A stretch of DNA of 31,202 bases from Utricularia gibba (Eukaryota; Plantae; Magnoliophyta). Position numbers and translations under genes: made by a program. Below the pieces are notes generated by a model. The model ran no database searches, was not told the DNA's origin, and worked only from the letters and a program-made list of their open reading frames with translations. Below are positions 13,101 through 23,900 of the stretch, piece by piece. Numbering within the stretch: the first letter of the stretch is position 1; every line of letters starts with the position of its first letter. The stretch spans positions 1-31,202 of the forward strand of contig NEEC01000331.1 of the NCBI GenBank assembly GCA_002189035.1, read 5' to 3'.

Positions 13101-15930
13101 CCACGAGGGCAAGAGGGGTTTTCACGTGGCCGACGCGCGCGCCGCTGCACGCACGTTGACAACCCGATGGCGTGCCGCATAAAGAAGAAAAAGAAAAAGA
13201 AAAAAAAAAAAGGGATGCAACACGAGGACTTCCCAGGGGGTTAGAAAATTCGGTGTGCACGAGGGCAAGAGGGGTTTTCACGTGGACGCGCGCGCCGCTG
13301 CACGCACGTTGACAACCCGATGGCGTGCCGCATAAAGAAGAAAAAGAAAAGAAAAAAAAAAAAAGGGATGCAACACGAGGACTTCCCAGGGGTTAGAAAA
13401 TTCGGTGTGCCACGAGGGCAAGAGGGGTTTTCACGTGGCACCGACGCGCGCGCCGCTGCACGCACGTTGACAACCCGATGGCGTGCCGCATAAAGAAGAA
13501 AAAGAAAAAGAAAAAAAAAAAAAAGGGATGCAAACGAGGACTTCCAGGGGTTAGAAAATTCGGTGTGCCACGAGGGCAAGAGGGGTTTTCACGTGGCACC
13601 GACGCGCGCGCCGCTGCACGCACGTTGACAACCGATGGCGTGCCGCATAAAGAAGAAAAAGAAAAAAAAAAAAAAAAAAAAGGGATGCAACACGAGGACT
13701 TCCCAGGGGTTAGAAAATTCGGTGTGCCACGAGGGCAAGAGGGGTTTTCACGTGGCACCGACGCGCGCGCCGCTGCACGCACGTTGACAACCCGATGGCG
13801 TGCCGCATAAAGAAGAAAAAGAAAAAGAAAAAAAAAAAAGGGATGCAACACGAGGACTTCCGGGGGTTAGAAAATTCGGTGTGCCACGAGGGCAAGAGGG
13901 GTTTTCACGTGGCAACGCGCGCGCCGCTGCACGCACGTTGACAACCGATGGCGTGCCGCATAAAGAAAAAAAAGAAAAAGAAAAAAAAAAAAAGGGATGC
14001 AACACGAGGACTTCCCAGGGGGTTAGAAAATTCGGTGTGCCACGAGGGCAAGAGGGTTTTTCACGTGGCGACGCGCGCGCCGCTGCACGCACGTTGAGAT
14101 GGCGTGCCGCATAAAGAAAAAAAGAAAAAGAAAAAAAAAAAAAGGGATGCAACACGAGGACTTCCCAGGGGGTTAGAAAATTCGGTGTGCCACGAGGGCA
14201 AGAGGGGTTTTCACGTGTGCGCGCCGCTGCACGCACGTTGACCCGATGGCGTGCCGCATAAAGAAAAAAAGAAAAAGAAAAAAAAAAAAAAGGGATGCAA
14301 CACGAGGACTTCCCAGGGGGTTAGAAAATTCGGTGTGCCACGAGGGCAAGAGGGTTTTCACGTGGCCGACGCGCGCGCCGCTGCACGCACGTTGACAACC
14401 GATGGCGTGCCGCATAAAGAAGAAAAAGAAAAAAAAAAAAAAAAAGGGATGCAACACGCTTCCAGGGGGTTAGAAAATTCGGTGTGCCACGAGGGCAAGA
14501 GGGGTTTTCACGTGGCACCGACGCGCGCGCGCTGCAACGACAACCCGATGGCGTGCCGGAAGAAAAAGAAAAAAAAAAAAAAGGGATGCAACACGAGGAC
14601 TTCCCAGGGGTTAGAAATTCGGTGTGCACGAGGGCAAGAGGGGTTTTCACGTGGCACCGACGCGCGCGCCGCTGCACGCACGTTGACAACCCGATGGCGT
14701 GCCGCATAAAGAAGAAAAAGAAAAAGAAAAAAAAAAAAAAGGGATGCAACACGAGGACTTCCCAGGGGGTTAGAAAATTCGGTGTGCCACGAGGGCAAGA
14801 GGGGTTTTCACGTGGCACCGACGCGCGCCGCTGCACGCACGTTGACAACCGATGGCGTGCCGCATAAGAAGAAAAAAAAGAAAAAAAAAAAAAAAAGGGA
14901 TGCAACACGAGGACTTCCCAGGGGGTTAGAAAATTCGGTGTGCCACGAGGGCAAGAGGGGTTTTCACGTGGCACCGACGCGCGCGCCGCTGCACGCACGT
15001 TGACAACCCGATGGCGTGCCGCATAAAGAAAAAAAAGAAAAAGAAAAAAAAAAAAAGGGATGCAACACGCCAGGGGGTTAGAAAATTCGGTGTGCCACGA
15101 GGGCAAGAGGGGTTTTCACGTGGAACCGACGCGCGCGCCGCTGCACGCACGTTGACAACCGATGGCGTGCCGCATAAAGAAGAAAAAGAAAAAGAAAAAA
15201 AAAAAAAGGGATGCAACACGAGGACTTCCCAGGGGGTTAGAAAATTCGGTGTGCCACGAGGGCAAGAGGGGTTTTCACGTGGCACCGACGCGCGCCGCTG
15301 CACGCACGTTGACAACCGATGGCGTGCCGCATAAAGAAAAAAAAGAAAAAGAAAAAAAAAAAAAAAGGGATGCAACACGAGGACTTCCCAGGGGGTTAGA
15401 AAATTCGGTGTGCCACGAGGGCAAGAGGGGTTTTCACGTGGAACGACGCGCGCGCCGCTGCACGCACGTTGACAACCCGATGGCGTGCCGCATAAAGAAG
15501 AAAAAGAAAAAGAAAAAAAAAAAAAGGGATGCAACACGAGGACTTCCCAGGGGGTTAGAAAATTCGGTGTGCCACGAGGGCAAAGGGGTTTTCACGTGGC
15601 ACCGACGCGCGCCGCTGCACGCACGTTGACAACCCGATGGCGTGCCGCATAAAGAAGAAAAAGAAAAAGAAAAAAAAAAAAAAAAGGGATGCAACACGAG
15701 GACTTCCAGGGGTTAGAAAATTCGGTGTGCCACGAGGGCAAGAGGGGTTTTCACGTGCACCGACGCGCGCGCCGCTGCCGCACGTTGACAACCGATGGCG
15801 TGCCGCATAAAGAAGAAAAAGAAAAAGAAAAAAAAAAAAAGGGATGCAACACGAGGACTTCCAGGGGGTTAGAAAATTCGGTGTGCCACGAGGGCAAGAG
15901 GGGTTTTCACGTGGCACCGACGCGCGCGCG

Positions 15931-16010
15931 CCCCCACGAAAAAAAAAAAAAAAAAAAAAAAACGTGGTAACGGGGCAAAAAACAAGCTGAAACGAAAGAA
16001 TTTTTCCCAC
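15931..16010. other. Non-monomer interruption of ~80 bp with an A24 run (origin unclear; possibly low-quality sequence)
   Basis: CCCCCACG-A24-CGTGGTAACGGGGCAAAAAACAAGCTGAAACGAAAGAATTTTTCCCAC replaces most of one monomer, including its 5S fragment. Confidence 0.45.
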
Positions 16011-18756
16011 ACGAGGGCAAGACGTGGCACCGACGCGCGCCGCTGCACGCACGTTGACAACCGATGGCGTGCCGCATAAAAAAAAAAGAAAAAGAAAAAA
16101 AAAAAAAAGGGATGCAACACGAGGACTTCCCAGGGGTTAGAAAATTCGGTGTGCCACGAGGGCAAGAGGGGTTTTCACGTGGACCGACGCGCGCGCCGCT
16201 GCACGCACGTTGACAACCCGATGGCGTGCCGCATAAAGAAGAAAAAGAAAAAGAAAAAAAAAAAAAGGGATGCAACACGAGGACTTCCCAGGGGGTTAGA
16301 AAATTCGGTGTGCACGAGGGCAAGAGGGGTTTTCACGTGGCACCGACGCGCGCGCCGCTGCACGCACGTTGACAACCCGATGGCGTGCCGCATAAAGAAA
16401 AAAAAAAAAAGAAAAAAAAAAAAAAAGGGATGCAACACGAGGACTTCCCAGGGGGTTAGAAAATTCGGTGTGCCACGAGGGCAAGAGGGGTTTTCACGTG
16501 GACCGACGCGCGCGCGCTGCACGCACGTTGACAACCCGATGGCGTGCCGCATAAAGAAGAAAAAGAAAAAGAAAAAAAAAAAAAGGGATGCAACACGTGG
16601 ACTTCCAGGGGGTTAGAAAATTCGGTGTGCCACGAGGGCAAGAGGGGTTTTCACGTGGCACCGACGCGCGCGCCGCTGCACGCACGTTGACAACCGATGG
16701 CGTGCCGCATAAAGAAAAAAAGAAAAAGAAAAAAAAAAAAAAGGGATGCAACACGAGGACTTCCCAGGGGTTAGAAAATTCGGTGTGCCACGAGGGCAAG
16801 AGGGGTTTTCACGTGGCACCGACGCGCGCGCGCTGCTGCACGTTGACAACCCGATGGCGTGCCGCATAAAGAAGAAAAAGAAAAAAAAAAAAAAAAAAAG
16901 GGATGCAACACGAGGACTTCCCAGGGGGTTAGAAAATTCGGTGTGCCACGAGGGCAAGAGGGGTTTTCACGTGGCACGACGCGCGCGCGCCGCTGCACGC
17001 ACGTTGACAACCGATGGCGTGCCGCATAAAGAAGAAAAAAAAAGAAAAAAAAAAAAAGGGATGCAACACGAGGACTTCCAGGGGTTAGAAATTCGGTGTG
17101 CCACGAGGGCAAGAGGGGTTTTCACGTGGCACCGACGCGCGCGCCGCTGCATTGACAACCGATGGCGTGCCGCATAAAGAAAAAAAAGAAAAAAAAAAAA
17201 AAAAAAAGGGATGCAACACGAGGACTTCCAGGGGGTTAGAAAATTCGGTGTGCCACGAGGGCAAGAGGGGTTTTCACGTTGCCCGGCCCGCGACGCACGT
17301 TGAGATGGCGTGCCGCATAAAGAAGAAAAAGAAAAAGAAAAAAAAAAAAAAAGGGATGCAACACGAGGACTTCCCAGGGGGTTAGAAATTCGGTGTGCCA
17401 CGAGGGCAAGAGGGGTTTTCACGTGGCCCGACGCGCGCGCCGCTGCACGCACGTTGAAACCCGATGGCGTGCCGCATAAAGAAAAAAAAAAAGAAAAAAA
17501 AAAAAAAGGGATGCAACACGAGGACTTCCAGGGGGTTAGAAATTCGGTGTGCACGAGGGCAAGAGGGGTTTTCACGGCCGACGCGCGCCGCTGCACGCAC
17601 GTTGACAACCCGATGGCGTGCCGCATAAAGAAGAAAAAGAAAAAGAAAAAAAAAAAAGGGATGCAACACGAGGACTTCCCAGGGGTTAGAAAATTCGGTG
17701 TGCCACGAGGGCAAGAGGGGTTTTCACGTGGCACCGACGCGCGCGCGCCGCTGCACGCACGTTGACAACCCGATGGCGTGCCGCATAAAGAAGAAAAAGA
17801 AAAAAAAAAAAAAAAAAAGGGATGCAACACGAGGACTTCCCAGGGGTTAGAAAATTCGGTGTGCCACGAGGGCAAGAGGGGTTTTCACGTGCACGACGCG
17901 CGCCGCTGCACGCACGTGGCCGATGGCGTGCCGCATAAAGAAGAAAAAGAAAAAGAAAAAAAAAAAAAGGGATGCAACACGTGGACTTCCAGGGGGTTAG
18001 AAAATTCGGTGTGCCACGAGGGCAAGAGGGGTTTTCACGTGGCACCGACGCGCGCGCCGCTGCACGCACGTGGATGGCGTGCCGCATAAAGAAAAAAAGA
18101 AAAAGAAAAAAAAAAAAAGGGATGCAACACGAGGACTTCCCAGGGGTTAGAAAATTCGGTGTGCCACGAGGGCAAGAGGGTTTCACGTGGCACCGACGCG
18201 CGCGCCGCTGCAGCGCACGTTGACAACCCGATGGCGTGCCGCATAAAGAAGAAAAAGAAAAAGAAAAAAAAAAAAGGGATGCAACACGAGGACTTCCCAG
18301 GGGTTAGAAAATTCGGTGTGCCACGAGGGCAAGAGGGGTTTTCACGTGGCACCGACGCGCGCGCCGCTGCACGCACGTTGACAACCGATGGCGTGCCGCA
18401 TAAAGAAAAAAAAGAAAAAGAAAAAAAAAAAAAAAGGGATGCAACACGTGGACTTCCCAGGGGGTTAGAAAATTCGGTGTGCACGAGGGCAAGAGGGGTT
18501 TTCACGTGGCACCGACGCGCGCGCCGCTGCACGCACGTTGACAACCCGATGGCGTGCCGCATAAAGAAGAAAAGAAAAAAAGAAAAAAAAAAAAGGGATG
18601 CAACACGTGGACTTCCCAGGGGGTTAGAAAATTCGGTGTGCCACGAGGGCAAGAGGGGTTTTCACGTGGCACCGACGCGCGCGCCGCTGCACGCACGTTG
18701 ACAACCCGATGGCGTGCCGCATAAAGAAGAAAAAGAAAAAGAAAAAAAAAAAAAAA

Positions 18757-19017
18757 GGGATGCAACACGAGGACTTCCCAGGGGGTTAGGGGGAGTTATG
18801 GGAATTAATGACGCAACCGATCGCGCGACCAAGTGAGGAAGCGACGCTTTGATCCGCAAGCACCCGCATCGTTTCGAAGCTCCTTTGGGCTCGCTTGTGG
18901 AGCACGAAACGATGCTGCGTCCCTCGAAACGCAGCCGCACGGGGGACGACGCAGCAGCGGCGGCGCGTGACGAAGACCGCGATCAGCGAAGATGCGAACG
19001 GATGGGCATGTGGGAGG
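18757..19017 (-). pseudogene. 5S_rRNA: Long unit 1: degraded or mis-assembled near-full 5S rDNA unit (gene remnant ~18757-18818 plus extra spacer)
   Basis: A ~228-bp insert (18790-19017) lies exactly at the monomer junction. GGAGTTATGGGAATTAATG resembles the 5S reverse complement GGAGTTCTGATGGGATCCGGTGCATTAGTG, and CGCAACCGAT resembles the gene start. Spacer blocks are shared with the other three inserts. Confidence 0.6.
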
Positions 19018-19147
19018 TAGAAAATTCGGTGTGCCACGAGGGCAAGAGGGGTTTTCACGTGGCACCGACGCGCGCGCCGCTGCACGCACGTTGACAACCC
19101 GATGGCGTGCCGCATAAAGAAAAAAAGAAAAGAAAAAAAAAAAAAAA

Positions 19148-19372
19148 GGGATGCAACACGAGGACTTCCCAGGGGGTGGCCAATGGGATGGGGTGCACTG
19201 GCGCACCCGATTGGTGCGCGCGATGAGGCGTCAACAGACGCTTTGATCCGCGTGAAGCACCGCGCATCGTTTCGAAGGAGCCCGACGCAGGGGCTTAGCA
19301 CGAAACGATGCTGCGTTGACGAAGAGATGTTCGCGATCAGCGAAGATGCCACGAGACGGGATGGCAAGAGAC
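19148..19372 (-). pseudogene. 5S_rRNA: Long unit 2: degraded or mis-assembled near-full 5S rDNA unit (gene remnant 19148-19208 plus extra spacer)
   Basis: Insert 19178-19372 contains ATGGGATGGGGTGCACTGG, similar to the 5S reverse complement ATGGGATCCGGTGCATTAG. It also contains CGCACCC (19202-19208), the reverse complement of the 5S start GGGTGCG, with C at -1 on the minus strand. Confidence 0.7.
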
Positions 19373-20441
19373 TAGAAAATTCGGTGTGCCACGAGGGCAA
19401 GAGGGGTTTTCACGTGGCACCGACGCGCGCGCCGCTGCACGCACGTTGACAACCCGATGGCGTGCCGCATAAAGAAGAAAAAGAAAAAGAAAAAAAAAAA
19501 GGGATGCAACACGTGGACTTCCCAGGGTTTAGAAAATTCGGTGTGCCACGAGGGAAAGAGGGTTTTCACGTGCACGACGCGCGCGCCGCTGCAGCACGTT
19601 GACAACCCGATGGCGTGCCGCATAAAGAAGAAAAAGAAAAAAAAAAAAAAAAGGGATGCAACACGTGGACTTCCAGGGGGTTAGAAAATTCGGTGTGCCA
19701 CGAGGGCAAGAGGGGTTTTCACGTGGCACCGACGCGCGCGCCGCTGCACGCACGTTGACAACCCGATGGCGTGCCGCATAAAGAAGAAAAAGAAAAAGAA
19801 AAAAAAAAAGGGATGCAACACGTGGACTTCCAGGGGTTAGAAAATTCGGTGTGCCACGAGGGCAAGAGGGGTTTTCACGTGGCACGACGCGCGCGCCGCT
19901 GCACGCACGTTGACAACCCGATGGCGTGCCGCATAAAGAAGAAAAAGAAAAAGAAAAAAAAAAAAAAAGGGATGCAACACGAGGACTTCCCAGGGGTTTA
20001 GAAAATTCGGTGTGCCACGAGGGCAAGAGGGTTTTCACGTGGCACCGACGCGCGCGCCGCTGCACGCACGTTGACAACCCGATGGCGTGCGCATAAAGAA
20101 GAAAAAGAAAAAGAAAAAAAAAAAAGGGATGCAACACGAGGACTTCCCAGGGGGTTAGAAAATTCGGTGTGCCACGAGGGCAAGAGGGGTTTTCACGTGG
20201 CACCGACGCGCGCGCCGCTGCACGCACGTTGACAACCCGATGGCGTGCCGCATAAAGAAGAAAAAGAAAAAGAAAAAAAAAAAGGGATGCAAACGTGGAC
20301 TTCCCAGGGGGTTAGAAAATTCGGTGTGCCGAGGGCAAGAGGGGTTTTCACGTGGCACCGACGCGCGCGCCGCTGCACGCACGTTGACAACCCGATGGCG
20401 TGCCGCATAAAGAGAAAAAGAAAAAAAAAAAAAAAAAAAAA

Positions 20442-20693
20442 GGGATGCAACACGAGGACTTCCCAGGGGGTCAGCCCAAAGCAAACTTCGGTGCCGGTGC
20501 ACTGCGTTGCGCGCGACAACATGCGTCGAAGCATAATTTCAGACCGGACGCGTGAAGCACCGCGCAAAGCGAGACGGGGCTCGCTTGGTGGAGCAAGAAC
20601 GAAAACGCAGCCGCACGGGGGGACGACGCAGCAGCGGCGCGGCGTGACGAAAGATGTTCGCGATCAGCGAGGATGGGCATTGGCAACTTGAGA
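20442..20693 (-). pseudogene. 5S_rRNA: Long unit 3: degraded or mis-assembled near-full 5S rDNA unit (gene remnant ~20442-20503 plus extra spacer)
   Basis: The 5S match extends past the usual junction (GGGGGTCA). It continues with GCCCAAAGCA, AACTTCGG and CCGGTGCACT, which are collinear pieces of the 5S reverse complement (GCCCAAGCACGCTTAACTTCGGAG...ATCCGGTGCA). Confidence 0.72.
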
Positions 20694-20824
20694 AGAAAAT
20701 TCGGTGTGCCACGAGGGCAAGAGGGGTTTTCACGTGGCACCGACGCGCGCGCCGCTGCACGCACGTTGACAACCCGATGGCGTGCCGCATAAAGAAGAAA
20801 AAGAAAAAAAAAAAAAAAAAAAAA

Positions 20825-20993
20825 GGGATGCAACACGAGGACTTCCCAGGGGGTGTAAGCTTTTGGGAATTAACGCACCCGATTGGTGTTGACATGCGTC
20901 GTGCAAAGCGGCGGCGTTAAAGAACGGGGGCAACGAAACGAAAAAGCCGCACGATGACGAAGAAGAATGAAATGGAGACGGGAAAACTTGAGA
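20825..20993 (-). pseudogene. 5S_rRNA: Long unit 4: degraded or mis-assembled near-full 5S rDNA unit (gene remnant 20825-20880 plus extra spacer)
   Basis: Insert 20855-20993 contains CGCACCCGATTGGTG (5S start plus upstream flank, identical to long unit 2). It ends in AACTTGAGAAGAAA as in long unit 3. Confidence 0.62.
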
Positions 20994-23900
20994 AGAAATT
21001 CGGTGTGCCACGAGGGCAAGAGGGGTTTTCACGTGGCACCGACGCGCGCGCCGCTGCACGCACGTTGACAACCCGATGGCGTGCCGCATAAAGAAGAAAA
21101 AAAAAAGAAAAAAAAAAAAAGGGATGCAACACGAGGACTTCCCAGGGGGTTAGAAAATTCGGTGTGCCACGAGGGCAAGAGGGGTTTTCACGTGGCACGA
21201 CGCGCGCGCCGCTGCACGCACGTTGACAACCCGATGGCGTGCCGCATAAAGAAAAAAGAAAAAGAAAAAAAAAAAAGGGATGCAACACGTGGACTTCCCA
21301 GGGGGTTAGAAAATTCGGTGTGCCGAGGGCAAGAGGGGTTTTCACGTGGCACCGACGCGCGCGCCGCTGCACGCACGTTGACAACCCGATGGCGTGCCGC
21401 ATAAAGAAGAAAAAGAAAAAAAAAAAAAAAAAAAGGGATGCAACACGTGGACTTCCCAGGGTTAGAAAATTCGGTGTGCCACGAGGGCAAGAGGGGTTTT
21501 CACGTGGCACCGACGCGCGCGCCGCTGCACGCACGTTGCCCGATGGCGTGCCGCATAAAGAAGAAAAAGAAAAAGAAAAAAAAAAAAGGGATGCAACACG
21601 TGGACTTCCCAGGGGGTTAGAAAATTCGGTGTGCCACGAGGGCAAGAGGGGTTTTCACGTGGCACGACGCGCGCGCCGCTGCACGCACGTTGACAACCCG
21701 ATGGCGTGCCGCATAAAGAAGAAAAAAGAAAAAAAAAAAAAAAAGGGATGCAACACGAGGACTTCCCAGGGGGTTAGAAAATTCGGTGTGCCACGAGGGC
21801 AAGAGGGGTTTTCACGTGCACTGCACGCACGTTGACAACCCGATGGCGTGCCGCATAAAGAAGAAAAAGAAAAAAAAAAAAAAAGGGATGCAACACGTGG
21901 ACTTCCCAGGGGGTTAGAAAATTCGGTTGCCACGAGGGCAGAGGGGTTTTCACGTGGCAACCGCTGCACGCACGTTGACAACCCGATGGCGTGCCGCATA
22001 AAGAAGAAAAGAAAAAAGAAAAAAAAAAAAGGGATGCAACACGGGACTTCCAGGGGGTTAGAAAATTCGGTGTGCCACGAGGGCAAGAGGGGTTTCACGT
22101 GGCACCGACGCGCGCGCCGCTGCACGCACGTTGACAACCCGATGGCGTGCCGCATAAAGAAGAAAAAGAAAAAGAAAAAAAAAAAAGGGATGCAACACGT
22201 GGACTTCCCAGGGGGTTAGAAAATTCGGTGTGCAACGAGGGCAAGAGGGGTTTCACGTGGCACCGACGCGCGCGCTGCACGCACGTTGACAACCCGATGG
22301 CGTGCCGCATAAAGAAAAAAAAAAAAGAAAAAAAAAAAAAAAGGGATGCAACACGAGGACTTCCCAGGGGTTAGAAAATTCGGTGTGCACGAGGGCAAGA
22401 GGGTTTTCACGTTGCACGCACGTTGACAACCCGATGGCGTGCCGCATAAAGAAGAAAAAGAAAAAGAAAAAAAAAAAAAGGGATGCAACACGTGGACTTC
22501 CCAGGGGGTTAGAAAACGAGGGCAAGAGGGGTTTTCACGTGGCACACGCGCGCGCCGCTGCACCGTTGACAACCGATGGCGTGCCGCATAAAGAAGAAAA
22601 AGAAAAGAAAAAAAAAAAAAGGGATGCAACACGTGGACTTCCCAGGGGGTTAGAAAATTCGGTGTGCCACGAGGGCAAGAGGGGTTTTCACGTGGCACGA
22701 CGCGCGCGCCGCTGCACGCACGTTGACAACCCGATGGCGTGCCGCATAAAGAAGAAAAAGAAAAAGAAAAAAAAAAAGGGATGCAACACGTGGACTTCCA
22801 GGGGGTTAGAAAATTCGGTGTGCCACGAGGGCAAGAGGGGTTTTCACGTGGCACCGACGCGCGCGCCGCTGCACGCACGTTGACAACCCGATGGCGTGCC
22901 GCATAAAGAAGAAAAAGAAAAAGAAAAAAAAAAAAGGGATGCAACAAATTCCCAGGGGTTAGAAATTCGGTGTGCAACGAGGCAAGAGGGGTTTTCACGT
23001 GCACCGACGCGCGCGCCGCTGCACGCACGTTGACAACCGAATAAAGAAGAAAAAGAAAAAGAAAAAAAAAAAAAAGGATGCAACACGAGGACTTCCAGGG
23101 GGTTAGAAAATTCGGTGTGCCACGAGGGCAAGAGGGGTTTTCACGTGGCACGACGCGCGCGCCGCTGCACGCACGTTGACAACCCGATGGCGTGCCGCAT
23201 AAAGAAGAAAAGAAAAAGAAAAAAAAAAAAAGGGATGCAACACGAGGACTTCCCAGGGGGTTAGAAAATTCGGTGTGCACGAGGGCAAGAGGGGTTTTCA
23301 CGTGGCACCGACGCGCGCGCCGCTGCACGCACGTTGACAACCCGATGGCGTCCGCATAAAGAAGAAAAAGAAAAAGAAAAAAAAAAAAAAAGGGATGCAA
23401 CACGTGGACTTCCCAGGGGGTTAGAAAATTCGGTGTGCCACGAGGGCAAGAGGGTTTTCACGTGGCACGACGCGCGCGCCGCTGCACGCACGTTGACAAC
23501 CGATGGCGTGCCGCATAAAGAAGAAAAAGAAAAAGAAAAAAAAAAAAGGGATGCAGGACTTCCCAGAGAAAATTCGGTGTGCCACGAGGGCAAGAGGGGT
23601 TTTCACGTGGCACCGACGCGCGCGCCGCTGCACGCACGTTGACAACCCGATGGCGTGCCGCATAAAGAAGAAAAAAAAAAGAAAAAAAAAAAGGAATGCA
23701 ACACGAAGGGGGTTAGAAAATTCGGTGTGCCACGAGGGCAAGAGGGTTTCACGTGACGCGCGCGCCGCTGCACGCACGTTGACAACCCGATGCGTGCCGC
23801 ATAAAGAAGAAAAGAAAAAGAAAAAAAAAAAAGGGATGCAACACGTGGACTTCCAGGGGGTTAGAAATTCGGTGTGCAACGAGGGCAAGAGGGGTTTTCA

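Noticed and set aside
18757-20993. Cassandra TRIM or 5S-derived SINE (SINE3) as the source of the 5S similarity
   Set aside because: No LTR pair, PBS/PPT or target-site duplication is visible. The array keeps the true 5S 3' end and terminator and lacks the promoter part that such elements retain.
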